Shown in pieces: positions 1-12,184 of a stretch of DNA of 64,000 nucleotides; the stretch's first letter is position 1, and the number at the start of each line of letters is the position of its first letter. The notes under the pieces are model-generated. The model made no database searches. It saw only the letters and a program-made list of their open reading frames with translations, and had not been told where the DNA came from. Source of the DNA: Chrysomallon squamiferum (taxonomy: Eukaryota; Animalia; Mollusca); assembly GCA_012295275.1 (NCBI GenBank), contig CM022669.1:5518001-5582000 (forward strand), written 5' to 3'. The position numbers were made by a program, and so were the translations under genes.

Positions 1-21
1 TACCTAAAGTCGGGTGATTCA

Positions 22-66
22 ATGTTTTCTTTCCTGTTACACACCTGTAGGAAAAAACGAAGACAG
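22..66 (+). CDS. Putative upstream exon of fucosyltransferase-like copy 1 (MFSFLLHTCRKKRRQ, basic cytoplasmic tail)
   Basis: ATG at 22 and donor CAG|GTAGGT at 66/67. The 45 nt join in frame to acceptor ttttcag|AAT at 1168/1169 and then to the 1184 ATG. The same donor is present in the other copies (5715, 11978, 17099), but there the ATG is GTG. Confidence 0.45.
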
Positions 67-1183
67 GTAGGTTTATTCAATTCTGTGAATAATTTTATTT
101 TCGTTTACCTAATATTACTGATTTGTGCTCTTTCTTTGATCATTTCAGTATGCTTGAACGCAACAATAAAATAAAATAAGAAAATAAAAATAAATAAATT
201 AAGAGGTAAATGTCTGTGCTTCATCTTTCCAATTTAATAATAATAAAAAAAATAATAATAATAATAGTAACAGTAATAATAGTAACAGTAGTATTAATAG
301 TAGTAAAAGTAGCAGTAGTAGCAACAGTAGGAGCAATATTAATTGCAGCAACACAGTAGTAATAGTGGAAGTAGTAGTATTTGTAGTAGTAAAAGTAGTA
401 GCAGTCGTAGTAGCAAAAGTAGTAGCAGTGGTAGTAGAAAACGTAGTGGTAGCACTTGTACTAGTAGTGACAATAGTAGAATCAGCACTAGTAGAAACAC
501 TAGCAAACGTAGTAGAAATAGTAGTAGTTGTAGTAGTAGTTGAATGGTTGATTATTTATCTTACTAGTCCATGTTTTGTATTGTTTCTGTTATAGTTGAC
601 ACCAGTTTGTGATTCGTCAATCATGCTGAGAACTTTGGTATGAATTTATAAGATTAATAATATTAATATTAATATTAATAATAATAATAATCATATTAAC
701 AGTAGTATTAATATTAATAATAATAATATTAATAATAATAATAATAATAAAAATAATAATAATAACATTAGTATTAATAGTAGTAGTAGACGTAGACCTA
801 GTAACAGTAGTAGTTGTAAGAATATTGGTGGTTGTGACAGCAGTAGTAGTAATAGCAGTGGTGATAGTACTAGAAGTAATGGTAGTAGTAACGGTTGTAG
901 TAGTGGCTGATATGATGAGAGTAGTATTAATAGCACTAGTTCTAATAGTTTTAATAGTAGTAGTAGCAGAACCAATAGTAGCAGAAGTAGTAGTAACAGC
1001 AGCAATAGTACTAGTAACACTATTAATAACAGTTGTAGTGGTAGCTGAAGTAGCAGAAGTAGCAGTAGTATTAGCAGCAGAAGTAGTATTTATTTATTTA
1101 TTTATTTATACGTTTATTTATTATTATTATTGATACCATTATTATAAGGTTTTTTTTTTTTTTTTCAGAATGGAGTATGGAAA

Positions 1184-2395
1184 ATGTTCAGGCTTTGCAT
1201 GTTTCTGATCATTGTGTGGTGTATCAGCTACAGATACATGCTAAGATCGTCTAGTAAAAGTGTCCTTAAAGTGACCTCAGATCGACGGACAGATTTTATA
1301 ACTCCTCTGGACGGTTGGAAACTTGACAGCGTAGCTGCTGCTAGAAGTGAACTCCACACCAACATTCGCAAGGGAGGTAACTCTTCCACCAGACAGGTCA
1401 CGAAAGCGGTAACGCCTAAGCGACAGAAATATTTGTTCTACCTGTGTGGTGGGAAATTACTTGGTTGCGGTGGTTGGGCGGATCGCTTGAAAGGAATCAT
1501 CATAACATACCTGATGTCGCAGGTCACCAACAGAACATTTGGCATCAGTGTGACGCATCCGTCATGTGACCTAACTCGTTACCTAAGACCCAATCGCGTC
1601 GATTGGAACATCACGATTTCAGACGACACTTTGAAACGGTACAACAACAGCGTGGTTTATCAAAGAATGACTGACAGTAGACAGTTTTATCACGCTGTAC
1701 AGACAATGAATTTCGAAGAGTTCTTTCAGAAAGACATAGAATATTTCCAAGCGAATATGGACTATGTGACATTGTTTAAAAACAATTATCGTTACTGGGC
1801 TCACACTTCGTGGATGAGGAACCTGACTAGAAGCAAAATTTACAGAAAACTGTTTGACGAGCTGTTTTCTCTCGCTCCTGATCTCCAGGCTGAACTGTCC
1901 GCGCTGATGAAGAAGGCCAAACCCACTGATTCGCATCAACTCGTTTGCTCTCAGATCAGAATGGGACGCAATCCATCCAACCCGCACGATTCCCTCCTCA
2001 GTACTGAACGGTTGGTCGATGTTCCTAAAATTTGGCAGTTTTTAGAAAAATACAGAGATGCCGCAAAATACAGGATCTACGTCACTTCCGATTCCGAAGA
2101 CATACGGAAAGAAGCACGTTCTCGTTTTGGAAGCATTCTGGTAGAAAACGAGGGCCCGTCGGTTCACATCGACAGATTCACAGACAGCAAGAACGTTTGC
2201 GCCGGCATGAGGAAAGTAATCCTTGATCAGCAGATTTTGGCGCAGTGTGACGTGTTTCTGCTGACAAAAAGCGGCCTGGGACGCACGTCTGCCTATTTGA
2301 GACAGAAAGAGACAGGCCTCTTTTGTCTGGTGATGCATAATATAGTCAAATGTTACCCAGACTCACTCAAAGAACTGTATAATGTTTATGGTTAG
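1184..2395 (+). CDS. Fucosyltransferase-like glycosyltransferase (GT-B; alpha1,2/alpha1,6/O-FucT superfamily-like), copy 1
   Basis: 403-aa uninterrupted ORF with an N-terminal hydrophobic anchor and stem. Motifs: CGGWADRLKG loop, motif I-like LVCSQIRMG, motif II-like YVTSD, motif III-like DQQILAQCDVFLLTKSGLG. Preceded by a splice acceptor at 1168. Confidence 0.85.
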   Translation: MFRLCMFLIIVWCISYRYMLRSSSKSVLKVTSDRRTDFITPLDGWKLDSVAAARSELHTNIRKGGNSSTRQVTKAVTPKRQKYLFYLCGGKLLGCGGWADRLKGIIITYLMSQVTNRTFGISVTHPSCDLTRYLRPNRVDWNITISDDTLKRYNNSVVYQRMTDSRQFYHAVQTMNFEEFFQKDIEYFQANMDYVTLFKNNYRYWAHTSWMRNLTRSKIYRKLFDELFSLAPDLQAELSALMKKAKPTDSHQLVCSQIRMGRNPSNPHDSLLSTERLVDVPKIWQFLEKYRDAAKYRIYVTSDSEDIRKEARSRFGSILVENEGPSVHIDRFTDSKNVCAGMRKVILDQQILAQCDVFLLTKSGLGRTSAYLRQKETGLFCLVMHNIVKCYPDSLKELYNVYG

Positions 2396-2680
2396 ATAAA
2401 ACTTCAAAATAATGTATTTCACTCGAAGAACTCTGTGAGGTTTCCATGTATTCAGGCACACATGACAAGAAACAAAAATGTGATCTGCTAGAAAACGAAA
2501 AGAAAATGAATGGTAATTATGTAACTGACATTGTATATCTGCTGGACAGATTAAATAACAAAAAATTTACATTTTATTATATTTTAATCAGTTCTCGAGA
2601 ATATCACAAATAAATGTGTTAACTTATTTTTTAATTCTTCGTTGTTCCTTTATCTTCAGCCATCTCTTTTCTTCATGTCA

Positions 2681-5486
2681 TTATCTTCTCTGCAATCTCA
2701 AAATACTCGAATCCGTATTTGCGCGAACACGAAGTTGCGCATAGTCCGGAAGTGACGTAAGATCAGGCGTTTCTGATTTATTTTGTGCAATAAGTTGTTT
2801 GATCGTCTTTCTATCAGAGGCCATTACTTCGTCATAAGTAGGAGGAGCTGTGGATGTAGAAAATAAACAAATAAATTAATTTTATATTCCTTTTAATAAT
2901 ACCAAACAACAACTGGGGAAGCCAGTTATTGAAGGATTAAAGATACAATTTAATATTAACAGAAAATGTTTAATTTTATTATTATTATTATTTATTCTTT
3001 CTTTCTTTGTTATTTGCTGGTGTTGTTTTGTTTTTATAACATTTATATTTTGTAATATAATGTGAAAACATAACAACTACGTTTCTTAACTTAAAAAAAC
3101 AAACAAAAAACAACAATAGTCTTAAATTCTTAACCAACAAACAATGATAACAACACCGCACCTAATAACCCAAAATAAAAAAAAATAAACTATAATGAAT
3201 AAATGTTTAACGAAAAAACATAGGTAAATACAACAAAATGGTGAAGTAAAAACGTATGTGTATATTACGTATGTGTAAACTGAAATAACTGAATGATAAA
3301 TAGAAGCATACGCATACTAATCCAGTGATGATCTATGGGCAAACTTCTGGCTAGTGCTGTGATTAGCGAACCACGTCTTAAAGGCACAGTGCCGATGGTA
3401 ATGTCGACAGCTACATGAAGTCGTTTTAGCGATATTCTTCCAGGTTTTATCTTCAGCCGTGAAAAAATATATATCGTTTTTAAACAGTGCAATGACAGTT
3501 AGCGTGTAAAATTACTTGAATGTTAATGTAGAAATGTTGGAAATACTCTGTGTTCGCGCGGTGTGTTTTTTTATGAAAATGTGTGATGGGTCAGTGTGTG
3601 ACTAGTTGGCTGACTAGCATCGTGAATTGTGAATAATTGATTTGTTGAAAGGAAATGAAATTCAGTGTGTTAAAAGAGTGGATGAATATTTCTCTGATCA
3701 ATTTGTAACTTAGGTTTGTGCGCTTGCGACAGATGGTGAAAAGAAAGAATGTAAGAAAGAAACAAACAAACAAAAGAAGGAAGGAAGAACGTAAGAAAAA
3801 GACGAAAGAGAGCAAGAAAAAATAAATAAATAAAATATAAAAATTATGTAACATACCTAAATTATTAGTCATTTTTTATTTGGGCCGATCACTAAATCCT
3901 TATATTTCTGTCATTTCTATGTATTACTTCATCTTCTTCTTTTTCTCCTTTCCTCTCGTGGTCTGTAATCTCCTAACTAGAACTGAACTTAAAGAAGGAC
4001 AACATTCAGTCCAGTGTACGAAATAGCGTAATTACTAACAGAATGTCTCTTGCTGATTGAAATGCCTGGTTGAAACTTCTGAAAGGTGATTTGCTGCGAT
4101 TGTTTGTATATCTAGGCTGATTTAATCAGCAATGACAATTACGGAAATACAGTAGATCCTCACTTTAACAGATTAACTAGAAGCAACCTCTTAAATTGGA
4201 CATATTTTATAATGATAATATTTAAATTTTATAATACAGTCACATACGAATAACCAAAACAAAATATGACGATCGAAACTAAACAATTAATGGTGTATAT
4301 ATATTTATATGCATAGCCGTAACTACATTGAGGTAAATGAGGCAAATGCTTCAAACCGAAATTGAAATTTGTTTTTATTTTATTAGTAATAGTTGTGTTG
4401 TAACTATTATAGTACAAGTAGTAGTAGTAATAATAGTAATAATAACAGTAGTAGAGAAAGTAGTATTAGTGATAATTGTAGTAAAAGTAATAATAGAGGT
4501 AGTAATGGTGGTGATAGGAGTAGTAGTAGTACTAATAACAATAGTAGTAATTGTTGAATTAGTGGTTGTAGTAATACTAACTGTAGTAGTTGTAGTAATA
4601 TTAGAAGTGTCAGTAATAGTGTAGTAATAGTAGCTGTAGTAATATGTCGTAGTTCTCTTGGCTGCTCACCACAAAGTCAGTCTACACTCATGTGTTCGTT
4701 TACGACTTTTCGACTGCAGTTCTGTTTTCAAGTAGGTCATTAATCTACGAATAAAATGAACACAGCTGTCATAAATCTGCTTCGTAATGTGTACACGTGT
4801 CATTACATTCTCATTTCAAGGAGAATAAAGTGCAATTCTGGCTGTTTATGATCTTCAAATATTTTTAACTTAAAGGTCATGTAGAACTAGGAGTAGGGGT
4901 AGGACCGATTTATAGAGATCTCGGTGAAAATTTGATTTTTGTTTTGTTTTGTTTGTTTGATTCTTCTTCGTCTTCTTCTTCTTCTTCTTCTTCGTCTTAT
5001 TACTATGATTATTATTATTAATTGTAGTAGTAGTAATAGCAGCAGCAATAGCCGTAGTAGTAGTAGCAATAGTAGTAACAGTAATAGTAGTGGTAGAAGT
5101 GGCAATAGTAAAAATAGTAATGGTTGTAATAGTAGCAGTAGTAATAGCAGTAGTATTAGTAGTAATAATATGATGATGATGACAGCAAAATTAGTTTGAA
5201 AAGTATAGTTTTTACAAGTTCATTCACATACCTATATATGACGTTAAACACATCTAACCCTTCCCTCGTTTAATATTTATTAACCTCTTCAGTTTGCTCC
5301 CCTTTATTGAGTGACTGCGAAACAAAATTAAAAACTTCAGAGGTCGATAATTTACAACTGAGAGTTACCTTGTACTTGTACATTTTTGACAGTTTCTATG
5401 ACAACGGAACCCGTAACCTCTCCGCCATCGAGACGAGGTGACCCAGCATTGTCGATAAAAATCTCAAAACCTGACAACTTTCCCAT
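2681..5486 (-). pseudogene. Internally deleted alpha-arrestin copy 1 (exon1 5369-5486, exon6 3318-3456, exon7 2681-2847)
   Basis: Exons match those of the intact gene at 20689-26126; exons 2-5 are absent. The exon6 acceptor is mutated AG>GG (3457-3458) and the exon1 donor is GTAACT. PPTY and LPDY are intact. Confidence 0.8.
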
Positions 5487-5885
5487 TTTCAGAATCAAAC
5501 GATCTCCCTTCTCTTCTGTCTTCTTTGAATAAAAATAGACAAAAATAATTGTAGAAGAAAAAGAAAAAAAGAATGAAAGAAAGAAAAACAATGTGTTCAT
5601 ATTGATTAGGAGACTGTATCGCTGAAACGTTTATGTTAGAAGTTTAACTTACCTGAAGTCAGGTGACTCAGTGTTTTCTTTCCTGTTACACACGTGTAGG
5701 CAAAAACGAAGACAGGTAGGTTTATTCAGTTCTGTGAATAATTTTATTTTCGTTTACGTAATATTATTGATTAGGTCTCTTTGATAATTTTAGTATGCTT
5801 GAACGCAACAATAAAATAAAATAAGAAAATAAAAATAAATAAATAAATTAAGAGGTAAATGTCTCTGCTTCTTCATCTTTCCAAT

Positions 5886-5951
<66 letters not shown>

Positions 5952-7164
5952 ATAATAGTAGCAGTAATATTAATAGTAGTAATAGACGCAGATATAGAGA
6001 TAGTAATAGTAGTAGTGGTAAAAGTGGCGGTGGTTTTAATAGCAGTAATAGTAGGAGCAATATTAATATCAGCAACACACAGTAGTAATAGTGGAAGTAG
6101 TAGTAGAGGTAGTAGTAAAAGTAGTAGGAGTGGTAGTAGTAAAAGTAGTAGGAGTGGTAGTAGCAAACGTAGTGGTAGTACTTGTACTAGTAGTGACAAT
6201 AGTAGTAGCAGCACTAGTAGAAACACTAGCAAACGTAGTAGAAATAGTAGTAGTTGTAGTAGTAGTTGAATGGTTGATTATTTATTTTGCCTGTCCATGT
6301 TTTGTATTGTTTCTGTTACAGTTGACACCAGTTTGTGATTCGTCAATCATGCTGAGAACTTTGGTAAAAATTTATAATAATAATAATATTAATAATAATA
6401 TTAAATATAATAATAACAATATTAATAATAGTAAAATTAATAATAATGATAATAATAATAATAAAAATAACAGTACTATTAATAGTATTAGTAGACGTAG
6501 ACCTAGTAATAGTAGTAGCTGCAATAATGTTGCTCGTTGTGACAGCAGTAATAGTAGCAGTAGTAGCAGAAGCAGTAGTGTAGCACTAGAAGTAATGGTA
6601 GTAGTAACGGTTGTAGTAGTGGCTGATATGATGATAGTGGAATTAATAGTACTAGTTGTAACAGTTTTATTATTAGTAGTAGCAGCAGCAACACTAGTAG
6701 TACAATATTAATAACAGTTGTAGTGGTAGCTGAAGTAGCAGTAGTATTAGCAGCAGAAGTAGTGGAATGCTAGTAATAGTAGCTATAGTAGTAGTAGTAG
6801 TAGCAGCAGTAGCAAACATTGTGATAGTAGTAGTTGTAGTAGTAGTTGAATATCTGATTATCTATTTTACTTGTCTGTGTTTTGTTTTGTAGTTTCTCAC
6901 AGAACCTTTGCCTAGAATTCCGGTACGAATTTGTAATAATCATCACCATCATCTTTTTGATTGCAGTTATTATTGTTATTAGTATCATCATTGTTAAAGC
7001 ACTATTTTAAAAATACAGAATATGTATATATTAAAATTATTACATACTTAAACAGCAGCGATCACAAAAATGAAGAAAAAGCATAAAGATACATAGATAT
7101 ATACTTACATTTATACACAGACACATACATATATACATACACTCAGACACATACATACATAAAA

Positions 7165-7224
<60 letters not shown>

Positions 7225-7393
7225 TGGTTTCTGTGTATATGTGTGTATGTTCATGTTTGTTGTTGTTTTTCTTTTTTATTTATTGACTTATTTATTTTAT
7301 TTTATTTTTTTATTTATTTATTCGTTTATTTATTATTATTATTAATATTATTACTATAATTTTGGTCTTTTTTTTAAGAAGCGAGTATGGAAA

Positions 7394-8608
7394 ATGTTCA
7401 TGCTTTGCACGTTTCTGATCATTGTGTGGTGTATCAGCTACAGATACATGCTAAGATCGTCTAGTAAAAGTGTCCTTAAAGTGACGTCAGATCGACAGAC
7501 AGATCTTATAACTGATATGGACGGTTTGAGACTTGACAGCGTAGCTGCTATTGGTAATGAACTCCACACCTTTAACATTCGCAAGGGAGGTAACTCTTCC
7601 ACCAGACCGGTCACGAAAGTGATAACGCCTAAGCGACAGAGATATTTGTTCTACCTGTGTGGTGGGAAATTACTTGGTTGCGGTGGTTGGGCGGATCGCT
7701 TGAAAGGAATCATCATAACATACCTGATGTCGCAGGTAACCAACAGAACGTTTGGCATCAGTGTGACGCATCCGTCATGTGACCTAACTCGTTACCTAAG
7801 ACCCAATCGCGTCGATTGGAACATCACGATTTCAGACGACACTTTGAAACGGAACAAAAACAGCGTGGGTTATCTAAGAGTGACTGATAGTAAAGAGTTT
7901 TATCACGCGGTACAGACAATGAATTTCGAAAACCTCTTTCAGAAAGACATTGAATATTTTCAAGCGAATTTGGACTATGTAACCTTGTTTAAAAACAATT
8001 CTCGTTACTGGGCTCACACTTCGTGGATGAGGAACCTGACTAGAAGCAAAATTTACAGAAAACTGTTTGACGAGCTGTTTTCTCTCGCTCCTGATCTCCA
8101 GGCTGAACTGTCCGCGCTGATGAAGAAGGCCAAACCCACTGATTCGCATCAACTGATTTGCTCTCAGATCAGAATGGGACGCAATCCATCCAACCCGCAC
8201 GATACCCTCGTCAGTACTGAACGGCTGGTCGATGTTCCTAAAATTTGGCAGTTTTTAGAAAAATACAGAGATCCCGCAAAATACAGGATCTACGTCACTT
8301 CAGATTCCGAAGACATACGGAAAGAAGCACGTTCTCGTTTTGGAAGCATTCTGGTAGAAAACGAGGGCCCGTCGGTCCACATCGACAAATTCACAGACAC
8401 CAACAACGTGTGTGCCGGCATGAGGAAAGTAATCCTTGATCAGCAGATTTTGGCGCAGTGTGACGTGTTTCTGCTGACAAAAAGCGGCCTGGGACGCACG
8501 TCTGCCTATTTGAGACAGAAAGAGACAGGCCTCTTTTGTCTGGTGATGCATAATATACTCAAATGTTACCCAGACTCACTCAAAGAACTGTACAATGTTT
8601 ATGGTTAA
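7394..8608 (+). CDS. Fucosyltransferase-like glycosyltransferase, copy 2
   Basis: 404-aa ORF, near-identical to copy 1 with all motifs intact. Acceptor ttttaag lies 15 nt upstream of the ATG. Confidence 0.85.
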   Translation: MFMLCTFLIIVWCISYRYMLRSSSKSVLKVTSDRQTDLITDMDGLRLDSVAAIGNELHTFNIRKGGNSSTRPVTKVITPKRQRYLFYLCGGKLLGCGGWADRLKGIIITYLMSQVTNRTFGISVTHPSCDLTRYLRPNRVDWNITISDDTLKRNKNSVGYLRVTDSKEFYHAVQTMNFENLFQKDIEYFQANLDYVTLFKNNSRYWAHTSWMRNLTRSKIYRKLFDELFSLAPDLQAELSALMKKAKPTDSHQLICSQIRMGRNPSNPHDTLVSTERLVDVPKIWQFLEKYRDPAKYRIYVTSDSEDIRKEARSRFGSILVENEGPSVHIDKFTDTNNVCAGMRKVILDQQILAQCDVFLLTKSGLGRTSAYLRQKETGLFCLVMHNILKCYPDSLKELYNVYG

Positions 8609-8916
8609 ATAAAACTTCAAAATAGTGTATTTCACTCGAAGAACTCTGTGAGGTTTCCACATATTCAGGAACACATGCACCCTCGCTCGAACTCACAGAC
8701 ACAAAACAAAAATGTGATCTGCTAGAAAACGAAAAGAAAATTAATGGTAATAATGTAACTGATATTGTATATCTGCTGGACAGATTAAATAACAAAAAAT
8801 TTACATTTTATTATATTTTAATCAGTTCTCGAGAATATCACAAATAAATGTGTGTTAACTTATTTTTTAATTCTTCGTTTTTTCTTTATCTTCAGCCATC
8901 TCTTTTCTTCATGTCA

Positions 8917-11756
8917 TTATCTTCTCTGCAATCTCACAATACTCGAATCCGTATTTGCGCGAACACGAAGTTGCGCATAGTCCGGAAGTGACGTAAGAAC
9001 AGGCGTATCTGATTTATTTTGTGCAATAAGTTGTTTGATCGTCTTTGTGTCAGAGGCCATTACTTCGTCACAAGTAGGAGGAGCTGTGGATGTAGAAAAT
9101 AAAGAAATAAATTAATTTTATATTCCTTTTAATAATACCAAACAACAACTGGGGAAGCCAGTTATTGAAAGAGTAAAGATACAATTTAACATTAACAGAA
9201 AATGTTTATTTTTATTATTTTTATTTTTTTATTATTCTTTCTTCCTTTCTTTGCATGGTTTTGTTTTTATAATGTGGCAACATTACAACTACGTTTTTTA
9301 GCTTGAAAAAACAACAAAAAACAACAATAGTCTTAAGTTCTTAGAAAAAAAAAAAAAAAAAAAACAACAACCAACAAACAACGATAACAAAACCCACAAA
9401 AAAAAAAAATAATAATAAAAACAACAAAACTAGAATGAATAAATGTTTAACGAAAAAACACAGGTAAATACAACAAAATGATAGAGAACAAAGATTAAAG
9501 TAATTACGTATGTGTAAACTGAAATAACTGAATGATAAATAGAAGCATACGCATACTAATCCAGTGATGATCTATAGGCAAACTTCCAGCTAGTGCTGTG
9601 ATTAGCGAACCACGTCTTAAAGGCACAGTGCCGATGGTAATGTCGACAGCTACGTGAAGTCGTTTTAGCGATATTCTTCCAGGTTTTATCTTCAGCTGTG
9701 AAAAAAATATATGTCGTTTTTAAACAGTGCAATGACAGTTAGCGTGTAAAATTACTTGTATGTTAATGTAGAAATGTTGGAAATACTCTGTGTGCGCGCG
9801 GTGTGTTTGTTTATGAAAATGTGTGAGTGTCTCAGTGTGTGACTAGTTGGCTGACTAGCATCGTGAATTGTGAATAATTGATTTGTTGAAAGGAAATGAA
9901 ATTCAGTGAGTTTAAAGAGTGGATGAATATTTCTCTGATCAATTTGTAACTTAGGTTTGTGCGCTTGCGACAGATGGTGAAAAGAAAGAATGTAAGGAAG
10001 AAAGAAAGAAAGAACGGAAGTAAGGAAGAACGTAAGAAAAAGATGAAAGAGAGCAAAAAAGAAAAATACATAAAAAATATAAATTATGTAACATACCTAA
10101 ATTAATACTGTCATTTTTTATTTGGGCCGATCACTAAATCCATATGTTTCTGTCATTTCTATATATTTCTTCATCTTCTTCTTTTTCTCCTTTCCTCTCT
10201 TGGTCTGTAATCTCCTAACTAGAACTGAACTTAAAGAAGGACAACATTCAGTCCAGTGTACGAAATAGCGTAATTACTAACAGATTGTCTCTTGCTGATT
10301 GAAATGCCTGGTTGAAACTTCTGAAAGGTGATTTGCTGGGATTGTTTGTATATCTAGGCTGATGTAATCAGCAATGACAATTACGTAAATACAGTAGATC
10401 CTCACTTTAACAGATTAACTAGAAGCAACGATGTTTCTTTGTGTCAGAAACCTCTTAAATCGGACATTTTTTATAATGATAATATTTAAATTTTATGATA
10501 CAGTCACATACGAATAACCAAAACAAAATATGACGATCGAAACTAAACATTAAATGGTGTATATATATTTATATGCATGGCCGTAACTACATTGAGGTAA
10601 ATGAGGCAAATGCTTCAAACCGAAATTGAAATTTGTTTTTATTTTATTAGTAATAGTTGTGTGGTAACTATTATAGTACAAGTAGTAGTAGTAATTATAG
10701 TAATAATAACAGTAGTAGAGAAAGCAGTATTAGTGGTAGTTGTAGTAAAAGTAATAATAGAGGTAGTAATAGTGGTGATAGCAGTAGTAGTAGTAGTAAT
10801 AACAATAGTGGTAGTGGTAGTAATTGTTGTATTAGTGGTTGTAGTAATACTAACTGTAGTAGTTGTAGTAATATTAGAAGTATCAGTAATAGTGTAGTAA
10901 TAGTAGCTGTAGTAATATATCGTAGTTCTCTTGGCCGCTCACCACACAGTCAGTCTACACTCATGTGTTCTTTTACGACTTTTCGACTGCAGTTCTGTTT
11001 TCAAGTAGGTCATTAATCTACGAATCAAATGAACACAGCTGTCATAAATCTGCTTCGTAATGTGTACACGTGTCATTACATTCTCATTTCAAGGAGAATA
11101 AAGTGCAATTCTGGCTGTTTATGATCTTCAAATATCTTTAATTTAAAGGTCATGTAGAACTAGGAGTAGGGGTAGGACCGATTTATAGAGTTCTCTGTGA
11201 AAATTTGATTTTTGTTTTGTTTTGTTTGTTTGATTCTTCTTCTTCTTCTTCTTCTTCTTCGTCTTATTACTATGATTATTATTATTAATTGTAGTAGTAG
11301 TAGTAATAGCAGCAGCAATAGCAGTAGTAGTAATAGCAATAGTAGTAACAGTAATAGTAGTGGTAGAAGTGGCAATAGTAAAAATAGTAATGGTTGTAAT
11401 AGTAGCAATAGTAGTAGCAGTAGTATTAGTAGTAATAATAATATGATGATGACAGCAAAATTAGTTTGAAAAGTATAGTTTTTACAAGTTCATTCACATA
11501 CCTATATATGACGTTAAACACATCTAACCCTTACCTCGGTTAATGTTTATTAACCTCTTCAGTTTGCTCCCCTTTATTGAGTGACTGCGAAACAAAATTA
11601 AAAATTTCAGAGGTCGATAATTTACAACTGAGAGTTACCTTGTACTTGTAAATTTTTGACAGTTTCTATGACAACGGAACCCGTAACCTCTCCGCCAACG
11701 AGACAAGGTGACCCAGCATTGTCGATAAAAATCTCAAAACATGACAACTTTCCCAT
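8917..11756 (-). pseudogene. Internally deleted alpha-arrestin copy 2 (exon1 11639-11756, exon6 9557-9695, exon7 8917-9083)
   Basis: Same three exons. PPTY has become PPTC, LPDY is intact, and there are no internal stops. Confidence 0.8.
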
Positions 11757-12145
11757 TTTCAGAATCAAACGATCTCCATTCTCTTCTGTCTTAATTCAAT
11801 AAAAATCGACAAAAATAATTGTGGAAGAAAAAAAAAACAAAGAAAGAAAAACAATGTGCTCATATTGATTAGGAGACTGTATCGCTGAAACGTTTATGTT
11901 AGAAGTTTAACTTACCTGAAGTCAGGTGATTCAGTGTTTTATTTCCTGTTATACACGTGTAGGCAAAAACGAAGACAGGTAGGATTATTCAATTCTGGGA
12001 ATAATTTTATTTTCGTTTACGTAATATTACTGATTAGGTCTCATTGGTAATTTCAGTATGCTTGAACGTTTTAATAAAATAAAATAAGAAAATAAAAGTA
12101 AATAAATAAATTAAGAGGTAAATATCTGTGCTTAATCTTTCCAAT

Positions 12146-12184
<39 letters not shown>

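Noticed and set aside
343-1133. Poly-Val/Ser/Leu/Asn ORFs here and at equivalent positions (5848-6991, 12128-13219, 17280-18602, 25594-25838)
   Set aside because: These are translations of degenerate (AGT)n/(AAT)n intronic microsatellites, and the frames are not maintained between duplicated units.
1619-2338. Antisense and alternative-frame ORFs inside each FucT copy
   Set aside because: Shadows of the real CDS. They recur only because the copies are near-identical, and their lengths vary between copies.
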